Positions 32,693 to 43,744 are shown, counted from the stretch's first letter. The stretch is DNA of 64,000 bases from an uncultured Chthonomonadaceae bacterium (GCA_963835065.1 CAWIEK010000053.1:256001-320000); one strand, 5' to 3'. The notes: a model not told the origin generated them from the sequence alone. A program made the numbers and translations.

Positions 32693-34054
32693 TCATTGGG
32701 TTTGCTGCAAAAATTCCTGCCACCCGCGCCGGGCCGTTCGTTCCATTGCGTCAGGATAATCGAATTTGAACGTTTCCGCCAGAATTTGCCCGGCCTGCGT
32801 AACCTGTTCCCGCAATTGTTCTATAGCGCGGCAGATGTCGTCATCGGTTGCAAGAGATGCGCCCAATACCTGCAAAGCTTCTTTGCCGCGCGCTTGTTCT
32901 ACCGTTTGCATCAGATGCGTTAGGCCGTGAATGGTCTGTGTTCGCATTTCGCCGCAATCATTGCCGGTCACCTGAATGTACCACAGCCGCAACAGCAGTT
33001 GCCGGTCGTTGTGAAGGCCGGTCAGGGCAAGCAGATGCAGGCCGCGATGCAGCACTTTGCGGTGCTTGTGCGTGTTGAGCCAGAAATGTTCCAGCAGCCC
33101 CCGAACGGTTTCGGGATTCGCAGGCTGCGGTGAGGGCACAGGTTCACATTCCGGTTCGCGCAGTTTGGCAGCGAAGTTCTCGTCACGACAGGCCAGCGTC
33201 AAAATAAACTCATCATGTACGGCTTTTGTCGCGCTTTGTACCCACACATCGTAAATATCGCCCGTCTCCAAAACCAGATGGTGCAAGAACGCGCCTTCGC
33301 CAAACTCAAGCAGGACATGCGCCACACAGGATTGGGCAAACAGCGCGTTCAGCTCAAGATGCCGCCACGCTTCCAACGCTTCCGGCAATACGGCAACGCG
33401 CAAATCCACATCGCTGTAACAGTCGGCGTTTCCCCGCGCAATGCTGCCGCCAATCCACAGCGCGACAACTTCCGGGCATTCCCAAATTCGGGGCGCAGCC
33501 TCCTTCAGCGCTTCCAGTTGTGGAAGGTAGGGCAAGACTTCCATATCAAGCACAGACGACACTTTGTTTAATTCCTCATGCCACAAGTCTATCAACGCCT
33601 GTTCGTACTGTTTGCGTTCAAAATGAAACGGGCCGCAGCCGTCGTACTGCCAGTGGCGGGGTCCCCAATTCGGCATCCGGTGCGGCTGCTCGAAATCGCT
33701 CCACGTCACAACGTCTGTTTCAACCTCGACTCGCGCCATGAGGGGCCAACAGCCCGATGTGCCGCAACTGCATTGCATTACGGCGATTTTACCTGTTTGC
33801 GTATCCTGCTGCCATCGAATCGGCTGGCCGAGAAAGTGTTCGGAGGGAAACAGTACGTTTTCGGGTGGCAGGCCCACGTAGCCGCCCGCCATTTCAGGAT
33901 GCCCTTCCTGCGCGGCAAACGGCAGTTCCACTTCCCGCACAAATTCCAAAAGGTTGCGGCTATTGATGTAGATGGCAACGGAATACAGTTTATACTCAGG
34001 GCTGTATTCTACGGCAAAACGAATGGTATCCATATCCGACTCGTACTTATTCAT
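32693..34054 (-). CDS. CxCx4C-domain protein joined to a Pol-beta-fold nucleotidyltransferase (may be two genes)
   Basis: CSCGTSGCWP; ALWIGGSIARGNADCYSDVDL. Confidence 0.7.
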   Translation of the reverse strand: MNKYESDMDTIRFAVEYSPEYKLYSVAIYINSRNLLEFVREVELPFAAQEGHPEMAGGYVGLPPENVLFPSEHFLGQPIRWQQDTQTGKIAVMQCSCGTSGCWPLMARVEVETDVVTWSDFEQPHRMPNWGPRHWQYDGCGPFHFERKQYEQALIDLWHEELNKVSSVLDMEVLPYLPQLEALKEAAPRIWECPEVVALWIGGSIARGNADCYSDVDLRVAVLPEALEAWRHLELNALFAQSCVAHVLLEFGEGAFLHHLVLETGDIYDVWVQSATKAVHDEFILTLACRDENFAAKLREPECEPVPSPQPANPETVRGLLEHFWLNTHKHRKVLHRGLHLLALTGLHNDRQLLLRLWYIQVTGNDCGEMRTQTIHGLTHLMQTVEQARGKEALQVLGASLATDDDICRAIEQLREQVTQAGQILAETFKFDYPDAMERTARRGWQEFLQQTQ

Positions 34055-34283
34055 CTCCTAAATGGCGTCCTGCGGGTGATAGGTAGTACGCGCTCGGATC
34101 GGCTTGCAGCAGCGTCTTTTCTCGCGCCAATAATTTTTTTGCGCGTTCCGCCCGCCGCTTGTGTTTGGGAATGGAGGCGAACCGCCACAAAGCGTCAAAA
34201 CGCTGATAGCCGATCCCGCAGCGCCTATCACGGGATCGGGCGCGTACCTGTTGTTTGCGGTATTTGTAAAGGTTGGTTGGCAT
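34047..34283 (-). CDS. Small basic hypothetical protein
   Basis: Fills the co-directional gap and overlaps the start of the next gene. Confidence 0.3.
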   Translation of the reverse strand: MPTNLYKYRKQQVRARSRDRRCGIGYQRFDALWRFASIPKHKRRAERAKKLLAREKTLLQADPSAYYLSPAGRHLGDE

Positions 34284-34302
34284 GGGAAACTCGCTTATCG
34301 GA

Positions 34303-37213
34303 TTACGTCGGCGCGTTACTATCCGAAATGGCACAGGCAATAGCTTCCTCAAGCGTCATAGCCTTTCCTGCGGCCCAGGTTGCGGCAAAATCATTCTCTT
34401 CGACAGCCGAGCGCAGCGTTTTCACTTGCGCGTCGTAATCCGCGTGAGCAATCGGGGGTATCGGCGTACCAAGCAACGTTCGCTGCGCTTCTGCCGCGCC
34501 AAAAAGCCGCGCGGCGTACAAGGCTTGCCCTCGCATTGTTTCTGAAGCCGTCTTTTCTTCTAACCCTGCCACCGCAAGCCCGGCAAAACTCTCTAGCAAG
34601 TTTACACATTCGAGTCTTTGTCCAAGTCCCTGCTGCAAGGCCAGGCTTTCCGTGAACAGCGAACGCGCCTGCGCCATCTCCTTTTCCAGGCGGGCAATCT
34701 CTCCCAAAACCCCAAGCGCGGTTGCCGCTTCTGCCGTATCCCCGACACTGCGCACAATGGCAAGACATTCTTCAGCCAACCTGCGCGCTGCCGCATACTC
34801 GCCCTGATACTTCAGAATGTTCGCCAGGCTGCACAGGGAATACGCCTGATACCACTCGTCATTCAGTTCTTTTCCTATCGCAAGGCTTTGTTCCGCAATG
34901 GCACACGCCCGAACGAGATTACCTTGCAGGGTGAGCACAGCGCTCAGATTGATCAGGGAATTGGCTGCGCCGCGCTTATTCCCTGTTTCCTGACAAAGCG
35001 CCAGGCTCTCCTTAAAAAGCGAGCCGGCAGTATCATAATCCCCCTGGTCCTGCACAAGACTACCCAGATTGCTCAAGCCCGCAGCGATACCCGGCTGATT
35101 CCCAAGTTCCCGCTGCAAAGCGAGGCTGGCTTCAAACAGAAATCGGGCAGACGCATAATCGCATTGATAAAGCGAGATAATGCCCAGGCTGTTCCTTGCG
35201 GACGCGGCAAGGCGCTTGTTGCCGGTTTGCTGCGCCAATGTCGCGCCCCGCTCCAAAAAGGACCGCGCCAGCTCGTAATCCCCCTGCTCGATTGCCAGGC
35301 GTCCGATCTGATAACAGATTTCCGCCTGCGCTTTCGGCGTCTGCTCTGCGGCAGGAACGGTAAGCGCCTGTTCCAGTTGTTCGCGGCCTTCGCGCAGATA
35401 GCCGCCCAGATACCAGAAGTTTCCCATCGCTGCCGCCGTATGCAGCGCAGCCGCCGGTTCAGAGATAAGCGCCCATTCCAGCGCGACCCGCAAGTTGTCA
35501 TGCTCCGTTTGCAGCAATCCAAGCGCGGCCTGCTGATCGGGGCCGGCCAGACGCAGGGAAGTCTCCTCCACAAACCGCGCAAACCAGGCGTAATGCTGCT
35601 GCCGCGCGGCTTCTGTTTCCCCGCTTTCCAGCAGCCGGTCACGGGCATACTGCCGAATCGTTTCCAGCAGGCGATAGCGCGTATGTTCCGCCTCCTGTTC
35701 GACCACGACCAGGCTTTTGTCGGCCAGGCCGGTGAGCAGGTCCAGAACTTCCCAATCTTCCACAGCGTTACTCGCGCCGACTGCTGCCGCCGCTTCCAAC
35801 GTCCACCCACCCGCAAACACGGACAGGCGGCACAGCAGCGTTTTTTCGGGCGGAGCCAGCATGTCAAACGACCAGTCAATCAGAGCGCGGAGGGTTTGCT
35901 GCCGGGGCAGGGCGGTTCGGCTGCCGCCTGTGAGCAGGCGGAAGCAATTATCGAGTTTGGCATTAATCTCTTCCACGCTCAGGGAGCGGATGCGGGCGGC
36001 GGCGAGTTCAATCGCCAGAGGGATGCCGTCCAGACGGGTACACAACTGCGCCAGCGCAGGCACATTCTGGTTGGTGACGGCAAACGCGCTTTGAATACTG
36101 ACGGCGCGGTCTATAAACAGGCGGACGGCTTCAAATTGGGTCAGCGATTTCGAGCGTATGTTTCGCTTTCGGATCGGGCATGCGCAGGGAGGGAACGCGG
36201 TAAATGGTTTCGCCGGGAATGTTGAGGCTTTCGCGGCTGCTGGCAAGAATGTGCAGATGCGGGCAGGATTGCAGCAAGGTTTGGGCCAACCGGGCGCAGG
36301 CCGCAATCAAATGTTCGCAGTTGTCCAAAATCAGCAGCAGCGCGCGCTTTTTCAGGGTTTCTACAAGCGTCTGCGTAAGCGAAGCGCCCGCTTCCTCCTT
36401 AATGCCAATTACCGAGGCTACCGTTTGGGCGACGAGGGCGGGGTCTGTAACGGGAGCCAGTTCGATAAGAAAGACGCCTTCAGGAAACTGTTCCGACACG
36501 TCCGCGCCCACTTGCAGGCTTAAACGAGTCTTGCCCGTTCCGCCGGGGCCAAGCAGCGTTACCAGAGAAAAGGAAGCAAGCCGTTGCTTTATGTCCTGCA
36601 TCTCCCGTTCGCGCCCCACAAAACTGGTAAGCTGGAGGGGCAGATTGTTGGGAAAGCTGTCAAGCGACCTGAGCGGCGGAAAATGGGAGGGAAGCTGCGG
36701 ATGAACAATCTCATGCACCTGCTCCGCCCGGTTCAGGTCTTTGAGGCGGTGCAGTCCGAGGGGATGCAGTGTTACCTGCTCCGGCAGCCGATCCCGCACC
36801 AATTCAAAAGTCGCCTGCGAAACAAGCATCTGGCCGCCATACGCAATGGCTTGCAGGCGCGCGGCGCGATTGAGCGTTTGCCCGAAGTAGTCGTTGTCCC
36901 GTTCTTCGGCCTCGCCCGTATGCAGGCCCATCCTGACTTTCAACGGCCCGGTTTCGCCCCACTCCTCCTTCAGCAACGCAAACTGCGCCTCCAAAACCGC
37001 ATGAACGGCTTCGGGGGCTGTAGGAAAGGCGGCACAAAACGCATCGCCTACAGTCTTGAACACGCAGCCATTGTGCCCTTCGATGGCATCCCGGAGCAGA
37101 ACATCGTGGCGGGCAAGCGCAACGCGCATGGCTTCGGGGCAGCGTTCCCATAAGCGGGTACTGCCCTCAATATCGGTAAACAGAAACGTCACGGTTCCCG
37201 TCGGTAAGTTCAT
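34303..37213 (-). CDS. Class III adenylate/guanylate cyclase, NB-ARC-like ATPase and TPR protein (frameshift near 36149)
   Basis: FLFTDIEGST, GDAF, NRAARL; GPGGTGKT, LDNCEHL, DGIPLAIELAAAR; TPR tail. Confidence 0.9.
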
Positions 37214-37252
37214 GGCGTTGTTCTCGCGGCGTGGTTTATGATAACGGGGCGG

Positions 37253-38087
37253 TTAGAGATAAGGGAGAACCAGATCGCGTTCAGCGGCAAGCCCGCGCCA
37301 TTCGTCTGCGCCCTCGCCATCGTTGTATATTAAAGTGTACGGGCCGGCGAAATGGACGGCGCGGCTCAGTTCCAGGCAATGGCAAAAATCGGCTTTATCC
37401 GGCTCGTAGGGCGCAACGAAGTCGCATTTGGCGTGGCATGACTCGGCATAGGGAAAGATGGAAGCCAGGTCGTCGTACTTGGTCGCGCCGCCCCAGTTGC
37501 CGAAATCCAGATTGAATCCTATGCGTCCTTCCAGGCTGTCGAGCAGGGCGTGAACCGCGTCCGGGCCGGCCAGCAGATCGAACCAGTTTTCCGTCGTGAC
37601 CCGAACACCCAGGTCACTGCCGCGCTGCGCCAGTTCTTCCAATCCGCGCCGACTGCGCTGCAAAGTTTCGGGAGTATACGCGGCATGTCCCGCAATCACC
37701 CGCGCCCGCTCCGCGCCCAACTGCGACGCGGTTTCCATCCAGCCGATCATCCAGTCCAGATCACGCCGCGCATGGTCGGGATGCGTCATATCTCCCGCTT
37801 CGATCAGCACGGAAAACAGCTGCACGTCCGCCGCGTCCAGCGCCCCCCGCAGTTCATTCAAATACGACGCTTCCCGATTGGGCAAATGCGGATGCGAAAT
37901 CTCCATCGCCTGAATACCCGCGTCGCGCGATACGGGCGGGCAGTTCCAGCAGTGTCAAGTTTCCCGGTTCCGCCCGCTCCTGACGAGTTCGCTCCGCCTG
38001 TCCCGGCATATCCCGATACGTCGCGCCCAACGCCCGACTCAAACTATAAGTAGAAACCCCAACCCGCGCCCCACTATGTTCTATCAT
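37253..38087 (-). CDS. Xylose-isomerase-like TIM-barrel (sugar phosphate isomerase/epimerase) protein (frameshift near 37925)
   Basis: VSTYSL...ARVIAG...TENW...LDFGNW...HAK. Confidence 0.75.
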
Positions 38088-38167
38088 AACAAATTTTTCC
38101 CTCTTTTCCCATTTCCCATTTCCAAATCTCCCCCTCTTCTCCCCGTGTCCCCCGTGTTCCCCGTGGT

Positions 38168-41098
38168 TCATATTGTTTTTACCGGCGACATTTCCGCCCA
38201 GGTTTGGCCGTATTTGGCGTCGGCGCGGAGGGGAACATTGAGCGGGTAGGCCGATTCCAACAGGCGCTTGATTTCGGGCGTGATGGTGGCTACCATGTCC
38301 GCCTCGACCTCAAACAGCAGTTCGTCATGCACCTGAAGCAGCAGGGTGCAGCCATTTCCGCAGGTTTCATGCAGATAGTTTTGTACCTCAATCATGGCGA
38401 TTTTGATGATGTCGGCAGCCGTGCCCTGAATCGGCATGTTGACCGCCGCCCGTTCCGCCGCCTGCCGTATCTGCGCGTTGCCGCTGTCGAGTTCCGGCAC
38501 ATAACGGCGGCGACCGAGCAGGGTTTGCACGTACTTTTGCTTGTGGGCGAGCGCAGTGGTATCGTCCACGTATTTCTTTACGCCGGGCAGCCGCTCAAAG
38601 TATTCCTTGATCCACGTTGTCGCCACGCCCGTGCCAACGCCCAACATCGCCGCGAGCGCAAAGCCGGACTGCCCGTAGATGACCGCGAAGTTGATGGTTT
38701 TGGCCTGTCGGCGCTGATCGGACGTGACTTCTTCAAGCGGAACTTCAAACACCTGCGCGGCAGTGGCTTTGTGAATGTCCTCGTCTGCCAGAAACGCCTG
38801 CGTCAGCGTCGGGTCGCCCGTGACGTGGGCGAGCAGGCGCAGTTCCACCTGCGAGTAATCGCACGACAGCAGCATTTTACCTTTGGGCGCGATAAACGCC
38901 CGCCGGATTTCGCGCCCGATTTCACTGCGCACGGGAATGTTTTGCAGGTTCGGGTCGGACGAACTCAATCTGCCCGTACTGGCTACGGTCTGGTTCAGGC
39001 TGGTATGAACGCGCCCAGTGTTGGGATTGATGAGCCGTATCAGGGCGTCGGCATACGTGGATTTCAATTTGGCGACTTCGCGCCAGTCAATGATTTTACG
39101 CGCAATGGGATGTTCCGCAGCCAGCGATTCCAACACTTCCACGCCCGTAGAGTACCCGGTCTTTGTCTTTTTGCCGGACGGCAACTGTAATTTATCGAAC
39201 AGAATCTCCTGCAATTTTTTAATGGAGCCGATGTTGAAGCGTTCGTCCGCAAGGGTGTAGATTTCTTCGGCAAGGGCGTCCATCTGCCCGCCCATGCGCT
39301 CGCCCAATGTGCTGAGATACGGCACGTCCACGCCAAGCCCCGCCTGCTCCATCGCGCACAGCACAGGCACAAGCGGAACCTCAATCTTATCCATGATTTC
39401 GGTCATTTTGACTTTTGCCAGCGCATCCCGAAGCGGCGGCATAAGGGCGACCAGCAGCGCGGCCTCCTGCATCAGCATCGCGCCTTCCAGATAAGCGTCG
39501 TCGGCCTCGACAACCGCATCCAAATGCGTTTCCGCCAGATCAAGGAGGGGATAAGAAGAGCGCCCCGCTTCCAGTAAATAAGCGGCAATCAAGACGTCGA
39601 ACGTAAACGGCGCGACTTTTATTCCCGCCTGCTCCAAAATGATTTCCAGAGGCTTCACGCCGTACCCGATTTTGGCAATGGCAGCGTCCTCAAACAACGG
39701 GCGCAAATCCTCAATTGAAACGGCAAAACCGTTTTCATTCACGGGCTTTGGCGCATCTTTATTCTTCCCTTTTCCCTTTTCCTTTTTTACTTCTGCGATT
39801 TCTTCGCCTGGCTGTTCTTCATCGAACAAGCCTCCTTGAGGTTTTTCGGCTGGAACTTCCGCCGGGGAATCCACAATGGGAGGCGCGGCACTGCGCACGG
39901 CAACGTAGTAAGTGACTTCCTTGGAGGGCGCGAAGGCGAGGCCGGTCAGGGTAGCGAGCATGGGCGGTTCGCCATCGGTTTCAAAGCGGATGCCTGCCGT
40001 TTTGCTTTTCTGGACGGCGGCAAGCGCGTCCGCAAACTCTTCCCGTGACCCAATGGCAATGGCAACCGCGCTGAAGGTCGCTTCCGGCACGGCGCGTTCC
40101 GTTACCAAATCTTCGGTTGTGCCGACGCCCGTTTGCGTCGGCGCGGGCAAACGCCCCAACAGCGACTTGAACTCCAACTCGTGAAACTTTTGCCGCGCGT
40201 TCTGCCAGTTTTCTTCGGTTGGCGCGTAAGGCTGGATAGTGAACTGCATCGGCGCGTCGCAAACGATAGTCGCCAGTTTTCTGGAAAACCGCGCCTGCTC
40301 CACATTGGCTTCCAGCGCGGCTTTGGCTTTCGGAGGCGCAATGCCTTCCCCACCCGCTTCCACCACTTGCAGCAGTTTTTCCAGTGACCCGAATTTTTGC
40401 AGCAGGGCGGACGCGGTTTTGTCGCCGATGCCGGGAACGCCCGGAATGTTGTCGCTGCTGTCACCCGTCAGGGCTTTGAAGTCGGCGATGCACTCCGGGC
40501 CGATGCCGTAGCGTTCGCGCACCGCGTCGGCGTCGTAGGTTTTCACTTCCGACACGCCGCGCTGCGTGATCTGGACGTGAACGTGATCCGTCACCAGTTG
40601 CAGCGTGTCCGAATCGCCCGTCAGCACAATCACATGGTAGCCGTCCCGAACGCCCTGCACGCACAGCGTTCCAATCAGGTCATCGGCCTCGTAACCGGGC
40701 TGTTCCGCCGACTGGATGCCGAATGCGGCGACGATTTCGCGGGCAACCGGCTGCTGCGCGGAAAGCTGGGGGTCAATGGGCGGGCGGTGCGCTTTGTATT
40801 CCTCAAAGGCGACGCTGCGGTGCGTTCGGTGCGGCGCGTCCCAACACACGACAATGGCGTCCGGCTTCTCGTTGTTGAGAATGGACAGCAGCATGTTGGT
40901 GAAGCCGAACAAGGCTCCAGTCGGGCGATTGTCTGTCGTGGACAGATAGCGCCCGGAAAAGAAGGCGCGAAACAGCAGCGCGTATGCATCTACCAGCACC
41001 AACTTTTTGCCTGTTTGGGCAACGCCTACAGGCGTGGAAGCCGTTGGTGACGTTTGTAACGAAGGTTCGGATGGGGAAATCTCGGCTTGCTCGGCCAT
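38168..41098 (-). CDS. polA: DNA polymerase I
   Basis: 5'-3' exonuclease GYEADD, GDSSDNIPGVPGIG; polymerase motifs DYSQVELR, RRQAKTINFAVIYG, QVHDEL. Confidence 0.98.
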   Translation of the reverse strand: MAEQAEISPSEPSLQTSPTASTPVGVAQTGKKLVLVDAYALLFRAFFSGRYLSTTDNRPTGALFGFTNMLLSILNNEKPDAIVVCWDAPHRTHRSVAFEEYKAHRPPIDPQLSAQQPVAREIVAAFGIQSAEQPGYEADDLIGTLCVQGVRDGYHVIVLTGDSDTLQLVTDHVHVQITQRGVSEVKTYDADAVRERYGIGPECIADFKALTGDSSDNIPGVPGIGDKTASALLQKFGSLEKLLQVVEAGGEGIAPPKAKAALEANVEQARFSRKLATIVCDAPMQFTIQPYAPTEENWQNARQKFHELEFKSLLGRLPAPTQTGVGTTEDLVTERAVPEATFSAVAIAIGSREEFADALAAVQKSKTAGIRFETDGEPPMLATLTGLAFAPSKEVTYYVAVRSAAPPIVDSPAEVPAEKPQGGLFDEEQPGEEIAEVKKEKGKGKNKDAPKPVNENGFAVSIEDLRPLFEDAAIAKIGYGVKPLEIILEQAGIKVAPFTFDVLIAAYLLEAGRSSYPLLDLAETHLDAVVEADDAYLEGAMLMQEAALLVALMPPLRDALAKVKMTEIMDKIEVPLVPVLCAMEQAGLGVDVPYLSTLGERMGGQMDALAEEIYTLADERFNIGSIKKLQEILFDKLQLPSGKKTKTGYSTGVEVLESLAAEHPIARKIIDWREVAKLKSTYADALIRLINPNTGRVHTSLNQTVASTGRLSSSDPNLQNIPVRSEIGREIRRAFIAPKGKMLLSCDYSQVELRLLAHVTGDPTLTQAFLADEDIHKATAAQVFEVPLEEVTSDQRRQAKTINFAVIYGQSGFALAAMLGVGTGVATTWIKEYFERLPGVKKYVDDTTALAHKQKYVQTLLGRRRYVPELDSGNAQIRQAAERAAVNMPIQGTAADIIKIAMIEVQNYLHETCGNGCTLLLQVHDELLFEVEADMVATITPEIKRLLESAYPLNVPLRADAKYGQTWAEMSPVKTI

Positions 41099-41381
41099 GC
41101 GGAACGCGCTCCTTTAGCGGCAGGGAAAACTCCCTTTTTGTCTACACCTTTATGACATACGTATTTGCACTCCATTATACGTCACCAAAGCGGAAACAGG
41201 CAAGCAGGATATACCCGACTTAATCTGTATTCCTACGGTTTCTGCTCCGCAGGGTTGCGGGAGTTTGCCCGATTGGACGCAAAAGCCCTGTAGTTGGCAT
41301 GACTTGTGCATTATAGAAAGTACGGCGCGTTGAACTGCCGTACACTTTTCTCGTTCTTGATTTTGCACAAGGAGTACCTTC

Positions 41382-42008
41382 ATGCGTTTCAATAAATTTT
41401 CAGCGGCCACTGTGTTGCCGATTGGCCTGCTGTTCGTTCTGGCTGCCCCTTCCGCGCAGGCGCAGATTAGTAAGATTGGCGGCACGGCCAATTTATCCTT
41501 CTTGACAGCGCCCTCGGATGTGCGCCCGGGCCAGCATCAGAGCAACACGGATGTCTTTGTATTTGCCGAAAAACAAAACGTCAGCGTCACGAACCTGATG
41601 ACCGATTTGCAAGGTCCGGTCACAGGCGCTGTCAACAGCTACCTGCTTTACACGGATCAGATGGGCACAGGGGGCAGCACGACCTACGATATTACCGTGT
41701 CCTCTGACCAGAGAATCCTCGGCGTCATCACAACCTCTGCCTTGTTGGATACTACCGATACTACGTTTGGACTGGGCGGAACCAAGTATCCGTTCGGCGA
41801 TGGCTCGCGCGGGCAGGAAAACCGGGACTTTACGACACTTTCCGGTAACACGCTGACCCTTCACAACGTGACTTCGGGTAATGTGGATGAAATTCGCGTC
41901 TTCACTGCCGCCGTTCCTGAACCCGGCAGTATCGCTCTGCTCGTGGGCATGGGCGTATCGGGAACCGCGTTCCTACGGCGGCGCAAGGCCATCAAGACAG
42001 CCGCGTAA
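41382..42008 (+). CDS. PEP-CTERM surface protein
   Basis: Signal peptide; AVPEPG, TM segment, RRRK. Confidence 0.9.
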   Translation: MRFNKFSAATVLPIGLLFVLAAPSAQAQISKIGGTANLSFLTAPSDVRPGQHQSNTDVFVFAEKQNVSVTNLMTDLQGPVTGAVNSYLLYTDQMGTGGSTTYDITVSSDQRILGVITTSALLDTTDTTFGLGGTKYPFGDGSRGQENRDFTTLSGNTLTLHNVTSGNVDEIRVFTAAVPEPGSIALLVGMGVSGTAFLRRRKAIKTAA

Positions 42009-42172
42009 GACGACTGTGAAGCGTTTTCCTGCACCAATGGTTACATAAAAGAGGAATAGCGGTGTCTCTTCCATTTCAAGGCAAAAGACGCCGCTATTTA
42101 GGGTCCGTAAATCTATACCTTCCCGAACTGGCGAAAGCAAGGATGAAGGAGGAGAGATAAGAGATAAGAGAT

Positions 42173-42377
42173 AAGAGTATGTAGAGGCAGCGTCGAAATC
42201 TTGGCAATACAGCGCTTCCAGCCCGATGTCTCGTTGTGTCAAGTTGTAAATAGAGAGGCGTCGTGACCTCAACAGAGTCAGGGCGAACGGGAGGGGTGAA
42301 ACATAGGACTGACACCTCCTTTGCTATATAGTATACACTTGTACTATTTAGACGGAGGGAATGGGGCAAAAGGTTCA
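42173..42377 (-). ncRNA. Dispersed conserved element copy 2: candidate sRNA / micro-ORF (MFHPSRSP, 42304..42278) with ECF-type promoter
   Basis: Near-identical to 893-1116; TGAACC-N17-CGTCTAA; SD GGAGGTG at 42319-42313. Confidence 0.5.
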
Positions 42378-42405
42378 CTGTTTTCGTGTGGTTTGGCTTT
42401 TTTGT

Positions 42406-43023
42406 TTAAAAGTTGCGCTCTTCATATCTGAATTTGAGGCCCGCCTTGCTGTCCACGCCGATAATCTGTGTCAGGATAGCTTGAGTCATGTTCGTAACCG
42501 TCGTCTCGTTGCCCGACAGGGGGAACATGAGTATACGCGAACCATCGCTCTGCTCTTCTCGCCACAGAATGTGATGCCGGGTAAAGAACATTTGCGCCTT
42601 TTGATGACTGTCCGCCGATTGAGGCCAATTGGCGAGGAGGTGAACCTGCATCTGTCCAGTGTTCATGCGCAAAACGCTGAAACTCTCCTCCCTATCGAGC
42701 AAGGAAATCATCAGCACAGTGGCTTGCTTTTGCGACAGCATCAGACGATGGACGTAAGCCGAAACATGGCTCAGGCCATTGACCGGAACAATTGCCGGAT
42801 CGGGCATGGGAAATTCTGTCTCCGTCGGCGTTCCCGGATTTCCTGAAGTGTTTGCCGACGCTGCCGGCGTGTTTATCGGCGTTGCCGCGCCATTTCCTGA
42901 CGGCTGCGGCGTTGAGGTTGGCGGCATTGAGGCTTGTCGTCGTTCGGCAGAGCGCCGCGCCGCCTGCGCCCCAATAGCAGCAGCCGCCGCAACAACCGCA
43001 AACAACATCAGCCAGTTCTCCAT
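42406..43023 (-). CDS. Membrane-anchored hypothetical protein
   Basis: N-terminal TM, P/T/S linker, globular C-terminal domain. Confidence 0.65.
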   Translation of the reverse strand: MENWLMLFAVVAAAAAIGAQAARRSAERRQASMPPTSTPQPSGNGAATPINTPAASANTSGNPGTPTETEFPMPDPAIVPVNGLSHVSAYVHRLMLSQKQATVLMISLLDREESFSVLRMNTGQMQVHLLANWPQSADSHQKAQMFFTRHHILWREEQSDGSRILMFPLSGNETTVTNMTQAILTQIIGVDSKAGLKFRYEERNF

Positions 43024-43087
43024 CTGTCCCTCTCTCCTTTTCTCCTTTTCTTCTTTTCTTCTTTTCTTTTTTTCTTCCCTACGTGGT

Positions 43088-43744
43088 TCACTCTTCTCTG
43101 TTGACCCGCCGCTGAAAGAGCCGCCGGATACTGGACGCGAGTTGCGGCAGACGCGCAAAGTATTCGTCCTGTTGGGGCGTACTTTCGTTCTGGTACATGG
43201 CGCGGTTGAGCCGGTGGACGGTGATGCCGGGGCAGGGACGTTCCACAAGCCGCAGTTCATCGCCCGCGCCCACCTCGCCGGTTTGCATGACGCGCAGGTA
43301 ATAGCCCGTATATCCCAATTCTTCCATGCGCCGGGGCATGTCCTTGCGATCCCATTTCCGCGCCACGTTGATGCACGGCTGACGCGGCTGGCTGACCTGC
43401 ACCTGCGCCGCGCCCACCGCGTACACATCGCCAATGCAAACGTCTGTTTCCGGCAGCCCTGACAGCGTAAAATTCTCGCCGAACGCGCCATACGTAAACG
43501 TATCGCCCATACCGAATGTGGTTTGCCAGTAGGGATAGTGTTCCGCAGCGAAGCAGCACACAACCTTGTCCGGCCCGCCGTGAAATTTGAGGTTGTACTG
43601 TTGGTCGCCGTTCAGATTGGCGCGTTCCAGCCGGACGCGCCCCTGTACCGGCGCTTTGAAGATGGCGCTTTCCCACGCTTTGCCGTGAAAGTCCAGTTGG
43701 CGCGGCGTACCGACTTGCAGAGATATAAGAATAGGGTTGGTCAT
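43088..43744 (-). CDS. MOSC domain protein (YiiM-like)
   Basis: HGGPDK, GAFGEN, VSQPRQPC, TGYYLRV. Confidence 0.9.
   Translation of the reverse strand: MTNPILISLQVGTPRQLDFHGKAWESAIFKAPVQGRVRLERANLNGDQQYNLKFHGGPDKVVCCFAAEHYPYWQTTFGMGDTFTYGAFGENFTLSGLPETDVCIGDVYAVGAAQVQVSQPRQPCINVARKWDRKDMPRRMEELGYTGYYLRVMQTGEVGAGDELRLVERPCPGITVHRLNRAMYQNESTPQQDEYFARLPQLASSIRRLFQRRVNREE

Noticed and set aside
36131..36306. Programmed ribosomal frameshifting in split genes
   Set aside because: No consistent slippery heptamer or stimulatory structure; too many unrelated genes are affected
42311..42325. CACCTCCTTT resembling the 16S rRNA 3' end
   Set aside because: No other 16S sequence nearby; it is the complement of an SD
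43024..43563. Upstream part of the 385-aa ORF 42406..43563
   Set aside because: Out-of-frame overlap with the MOSC gene; likely start is ATG 43023
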